Part shown: piece by piece, positions 52,372 to 64,000 of the stretch
Numbering within the stretch: position 1 is the first letter of the stretch
How the letters are laid out: each line of letters begins with the position of its first letter
Assembly: GCA_965287045.1 (NCBI GenBank)
Contig: OZ336886.1
Span: forward strand, 18,910,001 to 18,974,000
Origin: Carcharhinus amblyrhynchos
Taxonomy: Eukaryota
Direction of reading: 5' to 3'
Length of the DNA stretch: 64,000 bases
Position numbers and translations under genes: made by a program
Notes under the pieces: generated by a model
The model's database searches: none
What the model was told of the DNA's origin: nothing
The model's input: only the letters and a program-made list of their open reading frames with translations

Positions 52372-52570
52372 CTGGCTGAAGGCATGAAGGACTCTTGTAA
52401 CTTCATTTGCATAGGCACACTCTGTGTAATTCCCTTCTTCCCAGCGTCCGCTTCTATCACATTTACGCCAAGCTTTTCTCTGTCGATGGTCTCCATAATA
52501 AGGCACAGATCCAAATGGATATCGAGTGCAGGTGTAGTAAGCTGTGATACCAGCCAGTGTTCTAGGCCAT
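52372..52570 (-). CDS. ADGRA2: ADGRA2 coding exon, hormone-receptor (HormR) domain
   Basis: (R)[66 protein letters not shown]. Acceptor tctttcacag, donor CAG|gtaatt; 199 nt, completes the split Arg codon of the previous exon. Confidence 0.95.
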
Positions 52571-52771
52571 CTGTGAAAGACAGTGAAAGTAGTAGGAAAG
52601 TAAATAAGAAAAGATGCTTTTTAAAATAATATTCCGATAGTTATTACAGTGAGCAATTTTGATATAACAGGAGGATAAGCTTTATAAGATACTGTTTTCT
52701 GCTTTATCCTTTCTGTTATCAAATTTACAACTATTAATAACTGCTATCATAACAATGGGGTACTTTGGTAC

Positions 52772-54395
52772 CATAGAGTCATAGAGGTTTACAACATGGA
52801 AACAAGCCCTTCTGTCCAACTTGCCCATGCCGACTAGTTTTTACTATAAAGTTAGTGCCAATTGCCCATATCCCTCAATACCCATCTTGGACTATGAAGA
52901 GAGACTAAATAGACTGGGTCTGTACTCGTTGGAGTTTAGAAGGATGAGGGGAGATCTTATAGAGACGTATAAGGTAATGAAGGGGATGGATAGGGTAGAG
53001 GTAGAGAGATTCTTCCCGCTCAGAAAGGACAGCAGGACTAGAGGGCACAGCCTCAAGATAAGGGGAGGGCAGTTTAGAATGGAGTTGAGGAGGAACTTCT
53101 TCACTCAAAGGGTGGTGGATCTCTGGAATTCTCTGCCCATTGAAGTGGTGGAGGCTACCTCGCTAAATATATTTAAGACACGGGAAAATAGGTTTTTGGT
53201 AGGCAAGGGAATTAAGGGTTATGGGGAGAAAGCGGGAAAGTGGAACTGAGCCACTTCAGATCAGCCATGATCTTATTGAATGACGGGGCAGGCTCGAAGG
53301 GCTAGATGGCCTACTCCTGCTTCTATTTCTTATGTGCTTATGTACCCATGAAATTGCCTAAATGCTTTTTAAAAGACAAAATTGCACCCACCTCTACTAC
53401 TACCTCTGACAGTTCCTTTCAGACACACCATCCTGTGTGAGAAAAAATTGCCCTCTGGATCCTTTCGTTTCTCTCTCCTCACACCTTAAACTTATGCCCT
53501 CTAGTTTTAGACTCCCCGACCTTTCGGAAAAGATATTGACTATCTACCTTATTTATTCCCCTCATTATTTTACAGACCCCTATAAGATCACCACCTCAGC
53601 CTTTTACACTACAGGGAAAGAAGTCCCAGACTATCCAGCCTCTCCTTATAATGCGAACTATCAAGCCCCGGGAACATCCTAGTAAGTCTTTACTAAACTA
53701 GAAAGAGTGCAAATATGTCCTTTCTATAGTAGGGTAACCACAATTGTACACAGTATTCCAAGTGTGGCCTTAGCAATGTCTTGTACAATTTCAACAAGAT
53801 GTCCCAACTCCTGTATTCAGTGTTTTGACCAATAAAGTCATGTGCTGAATACCTTCTTCACTACCCTGTCCATCTGTGACTCCACTTTCAAGGCGCTATG
53901 AACCTGTACTCCTTGATCTCATTGTTCTCTAACTCTCCACAACACCCTACCATTAACTTTCGATCTATCAAAATGCATCACGTTGCATTTATCTAAATCA
54001 AACTCCATCTGCCAGTCATCAGCCCACTGGTTCAATTGATTTACATCCTGTTGCAACCCTAGATAACCTTCTTCACTGTCCACTATGCCACCAATTTTGG
54101 TGTAATCTGCAAACTTACTAACCATGCCTCCTAAATTTTCATCCAAATCATTAATATAAATGACAATTAACAGTGGACCCAACACCGATCCCTGAGGCAC
54201 ACCACTGGTCACAGGCCTCCAGTTTGAAAAATAACCTCTACAACCACCCTCTATCTTCCATCGCCAAGCCAATTTTGTATCCAATTGCTACCTCACCCTG
54301 GATCCCTTGAGATTTAACTTTATGCAACAGCCTGCTATAGGGTACCTTGCCAAAGTCTATGTAGACGACATTGACAGCGCTGCCCTCATCTGCCA
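52772..54395 (-). mobile_element. HER1/CR1 LINE 3' fragment with a nested plus-strand young CR1 (52889-53343)
   Basis: WRPVTSGVPQGSVLGPLL..YINDLD..SKFAD on the minus strand. The nested copy has an open ORF2 end YEERLNRLGLYSLEFRRMRGDLIETYK..GYGEKAGKWN. Confidence 0.93.
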
Positions 54396-54577
54396 CTACC
54401 AGTCTCTAATAGCACTGGCAATTGGATCCTGGAATTTAGGAACTTATTAATGAGCCTGATAGCATTTGGTCATGTTGGGGGCAAGGCATTACCATTTGAG
54501 CTGAAATATCCTAGAATTAATTACCTAAGGGTAATTGTCAGATCAATGAAGGTGAAACCTGATGACTCAGCATGTAT

Positions 54578-54920
54578 CATAGGATCGTTGCAGTGCAGAT
54601 GGAGGCCATTCAGCCCATCCAGTCTGCACACAAAGAGCATCTTACTCAGGCCCATCTCCTATTCCCTTAACACTGCGCATTTACCATGGCTAATCCACCT
54701 AACATACATATCTTTGGACACTAAGTGGCAATTTACCATGGCCAATCCACTTTACCTGCATACCTTTGGACTGTGGGAGGAAACCGGAGCACCGGGAGGA
54801 AACCCTAGCAGACACAGGAGGAATGTGCAAACTCCACACAGACAGTGACCCAAGGCTGGAATTGAATCTGTACCCTTAGCACTGTGAACAGCAGTGCTAA
54901 CCACTGTGCTACCATGCCAC
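54578..54920 (-). mobile_element. HE1 SINE
   Basis: Full head, V-domain and tail. Confidence 0.9.
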
Positions 54921-55058
54921 CCCACCACCCCAAACTTTATTTTAATGTCAAATTTTTATCATGATGGAGAAATTTGAAATTCCACAAATGCGAAATTACT
55001 TTTTCACGGCGAATGAGGAATATAGAGATTCTGTGATTCTGTGACACCATAGCCTTTT

Positions 55059-55345
55059 GGGGTGGCAGGTGGCACAGTGGTTAGCACTGCTGCCTTACAT
55101 CGCCAGAGCCTAGGTTTGATTCCCAGCTTGGGTCACTGTCTGTGTGGAGTCTGCACATTCTCCCCGTGTCTACATGGGTTTCCTCTAGGTGCTCCGTTTT
55201 CTCTCACAGTCTGAAAGACGTGCTGGTTAGGTGCATTGGCCGTGCTAAATTCTCCACCAGTGTACCTGAACAGGCACTGGAGTGTGGTGACTAGGAGATT
55301 TTTTACAATAACTCCATTGCAGTGTTAATGTAAGTTGACTTGTGA
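55059..55345 (+). mobile_element. V-SINE with type B tail, head-to-head with the preceding HE1
   Basis: GGTGGCACAGTGGTTAGCACTGCTGCC head; CATTGCAGTGTTAATGTAAG tail. Confidence 0.88.
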
Positions 55346-55519
55346 TGGGTGCTCCTGGGACGTGTATGAGTGGCCATGAGTTGCTCCTTCACCAACACTA
55401 CCATGAAACAGGCAGAGCCCTCAACGTGGACGCAGAAGAATGGCAGGCTGGCTTGGCTGCCAATAGGAGTAGCATGTTCCAAGGTGGTTGGGGGATGGGG
55501 CAGGTTTGGATGAGTGCCT

Positions 55520-55605
55520 GTTCTGATGAAGAGCACACGACCCAAAACATTCATACTCTCCACAGATGCTGCCTGACCCGCTGAGTATTTCATGCATTTT
55601 CTCAT
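55520..55605 (+). mobile_element. Penelope-like terminal repeat fragment with degenerate hammerhead core
   Basis: CTGATGAAGAGCACACGACCCAAAAC followed by CTCTCCACAGATGCTGCCTGACCCGCTGAGTATTT, the same family as 2976-3190. Confidence 0.55.
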
Positions 55606-55741
55606 ATATGTCGTGGCAGCCTTCACTTGCTGGTGACAGCTCATCTCTTATTCAGAAGGTCACTGGTTGAAGTTCCACACCAAAGATGAGCACATAATCT
55701 TGACTGTCATTTTAAATACACCTGGATTGTTGTGAGCAGAT

Positions 55742-56237
55742 TCGGTCCCCTTATCTAAGGAAAGATACTGACATTGGAGACAATCCAGAGAAGGTTCATT
55801 CGGTCCAACCTGGGAATGGAGGGATTTTCTTGTGAGAAGAGATCGGACTTGTTCTCATTGGATGAATAAGAGGCAGCTTTATTGAGACATCGTGGATTCT
55901 CAGGGGGCTTGACAGGGTAGATGCAGACAGGTTGTTTCCCCTTGTGGAAGAGTCTGGAACCAAAAGTCATAGCAAGACCAAGATGGCGAGGAATTTGCTC
56001 TCAGAGGGTAGTGAATCTGAGTAATTCTTTACCACAGAGAGCTATAGAGGCTGAGTTACTAAATATGTTCAAGGCTGAGATAGACAGATTTTTAATCAGT
56101 AAGGGAATCAAAGGTTATGGGAATAAGGCAGGAAAGTGGAGTGAGGATTATATCAGGTTAGTCATAATCACATTGAGTGGCAGAGCAGACCCAATGGGCC
56201 AAATGGCCTACTTTTGCTCATGCGTTTTATTATCTTA
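55742..56237 (+). mobile_element. CR1 3' fragment
   Basis: SQRVVNLSNSLPQRAIEAELLNMFKAEIDRFLISKGIKGYGNKAGKW. Confidence 0.85.
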
Positions 56238-56499
56238 AAATATCAATTTAAGTGATTTTATTTTTCATTCCAGTTTTTAATTTCACATTTGAGATTTTAG
56301 TGATGGGAAATGGAACACCTTCCACTTCAGGCACCCAAAGGTATAATTTAACCATCAGGGTGCCATGCTTAAAGAGAGCAGCGTTTTAAAATGAGCGTGA
56401 CCAATCTTCACAACATCACCAGGTTTGTGTCATATTACTGTTAGTTTCATGCTGCATAAACACGCTGACTCAGAACAGAGTTGGCAATTACCAAACACT

Positions 56500-56672
56500 G
56501 AGATAAAAGCAAATTACTGCGGATGTTGGAATCTGAAGCAAAAACAGAAAATGCTGGAAAATCTCACCAGGTCTGCAGCATCTGTACAGGGAGAGAATAG
56601 AGCTAAAGTTTCAAGTCTGGATGACCCTTTGTCAGAGCTGAAGAAAACTGGAAATAGGATGAAATTTATACT
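56500..56672 (-). mobile_element. Penelope-like terminal repeat fragment ~130 bp into the intron after the ADGRA2 exon donor
   Basis: Minus strand reads CTGACAAAGGGTCATCCAGACTTGAAACTTTAGC...CAGATGCTGCAGACCTGGTGAGATTTTCCAGCATTTTCTG. Confidence 0.6.
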
Positions 56673-56799
56673 CGTGATGGCGGAAGGATGGGCTCCTTCA
56701 GAGAGTTGGTGCACATTAGATGGGCTGAATGGTCTCCTTCTGCACTGTAGGGCTTCAATGGTTCAAAGTTTCATGCTTACACCTGTACAAAATACACAC

Positions 56800-56964
56800 C
56801 TGAAATCCCCTTTATTATTGGTGACTCGCTCTGCAGCACAGTAGGGTGCAGCGGTTTCTAGCACCATAATCTCCACCTTCTTGCTGCTGTTCCCACGGGA
56901 GGTAGTGATGAGGCACTCCCACTCTCCTGTCGCATCCACGTCGATGTTGGACAGAATCAGCTCA
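56800..56964 (-). CDS. ADGRA2: Adhesion GPCR A2 (GPR124/TEM5) coding exon, end of Ig domain into HormR
   Basis: Translates (S)[54 protein letters not shown](R), matching recalled ADGRA2 SELTLS..GEWEC..GNASKKVEIVVLET..YCPAERV.NN.GDFR. Acceptor tatacacacag, donor AG|gtgtgt; 165 nt, phase 2-2. Confidence 0.93.
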
Positions 56965-57224
56965 CTGTGTGTATAAAAAAAATACAATGTTCAAAAGACT
57001 GCAATTGTTTAGACCACTAAAAGCTATGTGAAGCAGGGGCTATATACAGAAGCACCAGTTTAAACATACCTATTAATCAACTGCAAGTTTAAGCATTGAT
57101 GCTGGTTGCTCAGTCACTGCAGCCATAATACTACAAAACAGGTCTAAGATAACATAACCAAATCAAAAATAGCATATAATTCTCTAGGTCAACATTTTCA
57201 CCATCTCTCATGAGTCAAGTACCA

Positions 57225-57565
57225 TGAATTACAGAATCCCTACAGTGCAGAAGGAGGCCATTCAACCTATCCAATCTCCACCTACTCTCCAACAGAGCAT
57301 TCCACCCAGACCCTATCCCTGTAACCATATTTATCCCATTAATCCTCCTAACCTATACATCTTGGGACTCGAGGGGCAATTTAGCATGCCAATCCACCTA
57401 ACCCGTACATCTTTGGTCTGTGGGAGGAAACTGGAGCACCTGGAGGAAACCCATACAGACGTAGGGTGAACGTGCAAACTCCACACAGACAGTCAGCCAA
57501 GACCAGAATTGAACCCAGGTCACTGGTGCTGTGAGGCAGCAGAGCTAATCACAACGTCACCTTGC
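57225..57565 (-). mobile_element. HE1 SINE
   Basis: Head, V-domain and CACTGTAGGGATTCTG tail. Confidence 0.88.
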
Positions 57566-57731
57566 TGACCGTTCATTGAATGAACTCACTTTATTTTTAC
57601 TGCATCTGATGAAATAAAGTAGAATCCTAAATTCTTCCAAAAAATTTCTTTCCTACCATGTCATATTCAGCCAGACAATGTAAACTTGTTATTATTTCAC
57701 AACTTTGTTGAGTGAATGTACATGGTTAAGT

Positions 57732-58200
57732 AACAACAACATGCATTTCTATAGTACCTTAAATGTAGTAAGATATCTAAAGACACTTTGCAAGAGCAAA
57801 CATCAAACAAATGTTGACACTGAACCACATGAGAAGATAGAAAGGTGACCAAAAGCTTGGTCAAAGAGTTGGGTTCCTTTAGGGAAGGAAATCTGCCATC
57901 CTTACCTTGTCTGGCCTACATGTGACTCCAGAGCCACTATAATGTGGTTTACTCTCAACTACCCTTTGGCAACTAGAGATGGGCACTAAATGCTGACCAG
58001 CCAGGGATATCCATAGCCCATGTATGAATGAAATAAAGGACCATCTTAAAAGAGAGAGAGAGAGAGACTAGAGGTTTTTGGAGGGAACTCCAAAACTCAG
58101 GGGCTTGGCAGCTTAGGGCCCAGTCGCCTTCTGTGGAATGAAATAAGGATGGGAATTTTAAAAATTTGATAGCGCTGAACCAAATAACAATGTATTTCAG
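57732..58200. mobile_element. L2-like LINE 3' relic with nested SINE type C 3' half (57876-58036 +)
   Basis: ACAACAACATGCATTTCTATAG..GACCAAAAGCTTGGTCAAAGAG; same family as the host sequence at 22410-22930. Confidence 0.6.
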
Positions 58201-61200
58201 CATGGAGATGTGGAGCTTGGTGTAACAGCAAGAATAAAATCTCACTTGAGGCAAGTCAGGTGTTGGAATTTTGTCTTGTGCCTCAGAGGAAAATCTTCAT
58301 GATGAATTGCCATCAAAGACGGAGGCAAAAAAACAAATTAAAAAGTTTGTCTATCTGTGGCAACAAGAACAACTGATGACAAAATGAAGAGAATTGCCTG
58401 CTTTGAGAATCTGGTTTCATTAATAACTATTTTCCTAATCACCACGGACTTAAATGCTTAAATTCACCATTCTCACTGGTTGCGGGGCCGGAACGGACAC
58501 GATTGGAGAAGCTCGCCCACAATAATTATCCTTTCGTATTTTTCATAGCTAGGGCCCTGCAGACTGCACAATTTTGCACTAAATGGGTCAAAGAACATGG
58601 GGATAAAAAACAAAAGAATCATATTCCCACTTACACAAACGCTGTCACACTTCAGCCGAGTGTTCACATCTGCCTTGCAGACACTATTCTTCAGTCCCCA
58701 CAAATTACTCAATATACAATGTATTTCTATTTCAGCTTCAATTGTGATAAAATAAAGAAGGTGAAGGGTTGTTTTTATACTAAAACCATTGAGAAAATTT
58801 AGATTTTTCTCCCGACCCTCTGCACTCCTGGTCACCACTGAATTTAATGTTGATAGACACCATCAGTGTTATGGTTCAGAGTTGATAGCTTTATGCGCAC
58901 TCTGAATAGAAACACAGTCAGTGAGATATTTTACACCAAAGATATTTTTATTATTGGAGGGAAGACAAGGCAGCTTCCCTGAGGATAATCCTGTGTAACC
59001 CAGAAAGCACCCTAAAAGGATTGAAGTAGTGCTGGCTAATTTCAGTGGTTTTGTAATACATGGTATTAACTGTTGAGGAACCATCTCATGACTCATTTCC
59101 ATTAATGAAGCTCTATTTAATAGTAGTAATGTGTTTCTCCAAGATAAGACTGTAATGCAGCAGCAGGTCATGGAGGCCAGTTTCTTTGCATTGCTCACTT
59201 TTGTGGGGTGGTGCCCCTCACCAATTGTCTCTCTCAAAAAATAGAGGGGAATGTCTATCATCCTTTGTGGACCGTGGCTAATTAATAAAGCAGCAAAAAG
59301 CTAGGAAATAGCAGACACACTCGATATAGGATTACTAAAGGGAAGCAATATAATTAACAATTGTGACTGCAACATTCACTTATTGGTAAATTAATTTGGT
59401 GTATCTGGTCCAAATAGCTTTCTAGGAAAGGTCATATTAAGGTACTGTTGTACCCTGAATCCCCTGTGATCAATGTGAGGGTAAATTAATAGATTTGGTT
59501 TAAAAAAAGGGGTGTCAGATCTAACACCCCTGGCATTAAAGTACAATCACATGCCAGTCAAATGCTTTACCTCATGGTCTTAATATTAGCAAAACTTCCC
59601 ATTAAATGGGATTAGGTGGGAGGTCAGGTGTTTCTCATGTATCAGCATAGACTCGATGAGCCTCTTCTGCACTCTATGATTCAAAGTTGTTTACTTATTA
59701 GGAGAACAGCTAGTTTCTAGCTAAGAGATTACAGACAAGCTTTTGGGGGAAGGTTTAATGAAATACTCACATAGACAAGATTGGAATTTTAAAACAATGT
59801 TCTGTGTACTGACTAATGACATAAGTAATCTATATCTGAGACTGGGGACAGAGAGCTGTATTAGAATGCTCCCTCTGCAATTACTGCATGAGAGCGGAGA
59901 AGACGCACCTACAAAGGTTTCTTTGGGGTAGTTCACTCCATGCTTCAGTCACGAATAAACCCTTATAACCTGTCTCTGAGTCACCTGTAGTTAGTTGAAA
60001 GAAGTCCATCACAACAATCAGTAAATTTTGCTTCACAAAAGCTGACATGGTTATTCCAGATACTTTTGCTCAGGCATACAGCACAACCATTTCCCCACAG
60101 ATATGTGCAGCAGAATTTGCACTTGAGCATTACAGCACTAGCTCTATTCAAGGTATTTACTTTATGATAGGACCTGTCAGCCATTGCTCTGAGGTAGAGA
60201 AAATTGTCAGCCACAACTGAACACTGTAACCTGATTTCTAAGCAGCTATTATCTAGACTTTTGTGTCTTCAAATGATGTAAGAATGGTTCACTTGTGAAA
60301 AATCATGACGACTGCCAGAATGTTTCACGCATGTTTCAATGAAGATGGCCAGAATTTTATCAGCAATGCATGGGTCTCTATTTTAGGTCACTATTCTAGA
60401 CCCAGGCTCAAGCCCCGAGTCACAGAGGCAATTTTAGCAGCAGCATCCAATTAGAAGGCCACTAACAGGACCAACATCCAACTAACATCCAAGGATGACA
60501 GCCTGAACTTCCGAGCTGCCAGTCCAATCAGAGTGCCAGCAGCTCTGAAGTGCCGCCATAGAGACTGCAGAAGCTGCGTGTGGAAAAGCTGCCTCCAATT
60601 TTGAGATGCCCTCACGGTTAATTCGGAAGTTTTATTTAAAAGCCGTGGCCAGGTAGGTGGGCCGCAGCAACTGAGAGATTGACTCTCTCCAGCAGCAGCA
60701 TCACAAGGGCTATGGAGAGGTGGAAAAGAAAGGTCATCCATCCCATCCCTGCGGTCCGGCTGAAAGGTGGCAGGGTCATAAAATGTGGCCTGTTAATTTA
60801 GCCAAATGACCACCTATCTAGTAGTGGGCAGCCAAGCTGCTGCCCTTCTCACATTTGGAAAGATCCCATGCTGCCAGGAAAACATCTGGTTTCCTTCCAA
60901 GCACCTGGAACCATTTCACTGGCCCTTCTGCTGTCTCTCAGCAAATCTCTTCATGGCTGGTAAAACGCTGGCTGATATTTCTGTAGTCCATCATCACCCA
61001 CACATTAATGGAATAGATGTCCTTTCCAGTCATAATGGTTATGGGGTAGTCTGAGGAGCCTCAAGAGACATGGAGGCTTCATCTATCATGCTCTGCACTC
61101 TTGCCAACTCAGCCAGTATTGAAAGGTCAACACCTCACCCAGCCAGTCAACAGGAATAAGTGCCCCTTGCAAATGTATTGTAATATTACAGCTATATTCC

Positions 61201-61810
61201 CAAAAGATCCAACATTAATTGAAACAACATTAAGTGAATTTGATTTTCAAATTCCAACCGAAGTAAAAACTTTAGTTAGGAATTTTCCTAACAGGAAAGG
61301 AAAAAAGACATTGGTGGAATTTTGCCATTTTTTGGCAAAGTGTGAACTCAGGAGCACTACCCCATGCACTGCCAGGGTACTGTCTGGGTATGATCCTCTT
61401 CCTCCCTCAGGGTTGTACTTACCTGTGTGCCCTAGCGGGAACCATTTGCTAGGTCCCCATTTTTACAAAACTTGTTGTAAACCCAATGAGACACCACACC
61501 AGCAGGGGTGGGGGAATTCTCTACATGGGGGTTACGATACAGTGAGGGGGGCTCGCTAAGTGTATGTTAATATGTACCTTCATTGATACTTTGTGCTCTA
61601 AGTTTAAATACTCTTCATTGCTAAGTTACCGTTTTGTAAACAAAACAACAGTTAAAAATCAATTTAAAAGTGTAAGAAATATGCTAACACTTTCAACTTA
61701 TGTCTCACTCACAGTCTCTCTCATTCTCCATCTCTCACTCTTCTTGCCTCTTCCAATCCCTGACCCTCAGGCTTGTTCAGCCAAGATTCTGCATTAGAGT
61801 TGATTGTTTT

Positions 61811-61898
61811 CCCTGACCCACTGGCCAACCTTTCCACTCCCTGACCCTCCCACTGGCCAACCTTTCCACTCCCTGACCCTCCCACTGGCCAACCTTTC
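61811..61898. repeat. Short minisatellite, ~3 copies of a ~28-33 bp unit CCCTGACC(CTC)CCACTGGCCAACCTTTCCACT
   Basis: Direct inspection. Confidence 0.85.
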
Positions 61899-62562
61899 TG
61901 CTACCTGACTCTCCTGCTTGCTTACCACGTTCCCACTCCCGACCATCTAGCTGGCCACCTTTGCTATTCACCCACCCTCCCACTCCTGACTCTGCTCCCC
62001 TCTCCTTCATTGTCAGCAAGGGCTCAGGAGATGAGCAGCAAGAGGCACAAAAGGACCTAACAGCGAGAGCAGCATCTAGCAGCAGTGTTGTGGGGTTAAG
62101 CCACAAATTAGGAAATGGAAACAGGAGGGGCAGGGTGTTTGAAGGTCAGCAATGACCTGGTTAACTAGGGTAAGGGTGCAAGAGCGTCATCAAAGACCAG
62201 GAGTGTTACACCCAGCATGAAACTATGTTAATGGTGAAGTAAAATACTAAACATGAATACTGGCCCCACTAAAAACATAACACTTAATTGAAATAGGGTA
62301 ACATAAATCACAGGCTTACAATATGCAACTTCTTATTTGCCTGAGGTGCCTATGGAGACCAGACTGTCTGACGTAGCAAATGTCCCCTTTGGTTATATGC
62401 AACTACATAAAAACTTAATGCATTGACGACCTTCATAACTATTAGAAGAATTGTCCTTGCTGCTGAAGGTTGTCTTCGCATTGCAAAGTGGCAAAGACAG
62501 ATCTCTTCTGACATTGAGCTAGAAATGCCTGGGCCTTTATATAAAGTTCCTATGGTAATCAT

Positions 62563-62900
62563 GTGGAGGCAATAGCCTAGTAGTATTATCACTAGATTAT
62601 TAATCCAGAAACTCAGCTAATGTTCTGGGGTCACGGGATCGAATCCCACCCCGGCAGATAGTGGCATTTGAATTCAATATACAAAAAAAAATCTGGAATT
62701 AAGAATCTACTGATGACCATGACCATTGTCAATTGTCACAAACACACATCTGGTTCACTAACGTCCTTTAGGGAAGGAAATCTGCCCCTCTTACCTGGTC
62801 TGGCTTACATGTGACTCCAGAGCCATAGCAATGTGGTTGACTCTCAGCTGCGCTTGGGCAACTATGGATGGGCAATAAATGCTGGCCAGCCAGCAACGTC
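62563..62900 (+). mobile_element. SINE type C
   Basis: Family head, body and GGGCAATAAATGCTGGCCAGCCAGC tail. Confidence 0.87.
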
Positions 62901-64000
62901 CCTAAATATAAAAACTCAGGAAGTGCAATCACACTTACTTTGTTATTTCTAAATCAATTCATCTTTGTTACCTAAATCGTGGATTTTTTTGGAAACCCCA
63001 AAGTCATTCCTATTTGAAGAATTCTGTTGCTACAAATGAAAATACAGCTTCAAATAAATCTGTCCTCCACCGTAATAAAAATCACTACTCAAAATGCAGA
63101 TCAACCTAATTTCAGTTGATAAAAAATGTTTGACAAACAGCATTCAAAGCAGTCATTTGGTTTTCAGCTACACTGACGCGTTGGCTCTGTGTGGACCAGC
63201 TGCATGATCAAGGAAACACAGGCTTGAAAAAGATAGAATGCAATATTGGGGTCAGTAAGCATAATTTTCTTAAGTGGCAAGAAACTTGCCCTGACCAGTC
63301 AAGCAGTGCTAACAAAACTTACATTTTTTTTCACCTCAAAGAGAAATTGCAACACATTGGGCTAAAATATCCAATTATGTGCCAGCAAAGCACCTTAATA
63401 CTAGAGCTTAAATGTAATCCTTTAGAACTACACAATGTGAGGGGTTTAACATATCCTCTCATTTTCCAACTGTAGTATTAGGCCATCAATCTTTCCTGTG
63501 CTCTTTATTCATATTTACTTATATTTAATTTTTGTTGCTAAGTCCAAGATCATCATGATATTGTTCTGCCAGGCCATTCCTCCATTAGCAACATTTTGAG
63601 TGTTGTTGGAGCTGCACTCATCCAGACAAGTGGAGTGTATTCTATCATACATCTGACTTGTGCCTTGTAGATGTGGACAGGCTTTCAGGGGGTCAGGTGG
63701 TGAGTTACTCACCGCAGAATTCCCAGCCTCAGACTTGCTCTTATGGACACAGTATTTATATGGCTGGTCCAGTTCATTTTCTGGTTCAGGATAACCCCCA
63801 AGGTAATGATATTAGTGGATTCAGCAATGGTAACACTACTGAATGTCAAGGGATGATGGTTAGATTCACTGTAGTTGGCGACATTCATTGCCTGGCACTT
63901 GTGTGGTGCAAATGATACTGAGATGTTATAGAATTTTCTACTGATGAATTAATAGACCAGTTCCAAGTGGCCATATTTTTAAGAGGCCTAAATTTACATC

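Noticed and set aside
52821-53249. 142-aa ORF next to an ADGRA2 exon
   Set aside because: It is the C-terminus of CR1 ORF2 from a 5'-truncated insertion, not a host gene.
10228-56964. Assignment to ADGRA3 (GPR125)
   Set aside because: More diagnostic residues match ADGRA2; kept as a minor alternative pending phylogeny.
57000-64000. Upstream ADGRA2 Ig-domain exon (and the next GAIN exon in 1-10200)
   Set aside because: I could not find the expected peptides by eye. They probably lie outside the window, but a short exon could have been missed; tBLASTn would settle it.

Overview
Eukaryotic, repeat-rich genomic DNA, almost certainly from a shark (elasmobranch-type HE1/V-SINEs, HER1/CR1 LINEs, Penelope-type hammerhead repeats, Harbinger relics). 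The window lies inside one large minus-strand gene, an adhesion GPCR best matching ADGRA2 (GPR124/TEM5). Five coding exons (end of Ig domain, HormR domain, first part of the GAIN domain) have canonical GT-AG sites and splice in frame: 56964-56800, 52570-52372, 29784-29635, 16301-16140, 10449-10228. The rest is intron, filled with three tRNA-headed SINE types, CR1/L2-like LINE fragments, decayed Harbinger transposase and Myb/SANT genes, and a 2.6-kb array of a 29-bp unit. Most notable: (i) small palindromic insertions carrying back-to-back minimal hammerhead ribozyme cores, one with a 12-bp target-site duplication; (ii) a ~330-bp insertion combining a degenerate HDV-like ribozyme fold with the 5' end of U2 snRNA; (iii) two short local templated duplications inserted into older repeats; (iv) tail-dependent strand bias of SINEs; (v) KGD in place of the human GPR124 RGD motif. 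Exon boundaries were read base by base. Repeat boundaries are approximate and family names come from motif recognition, not database searches.
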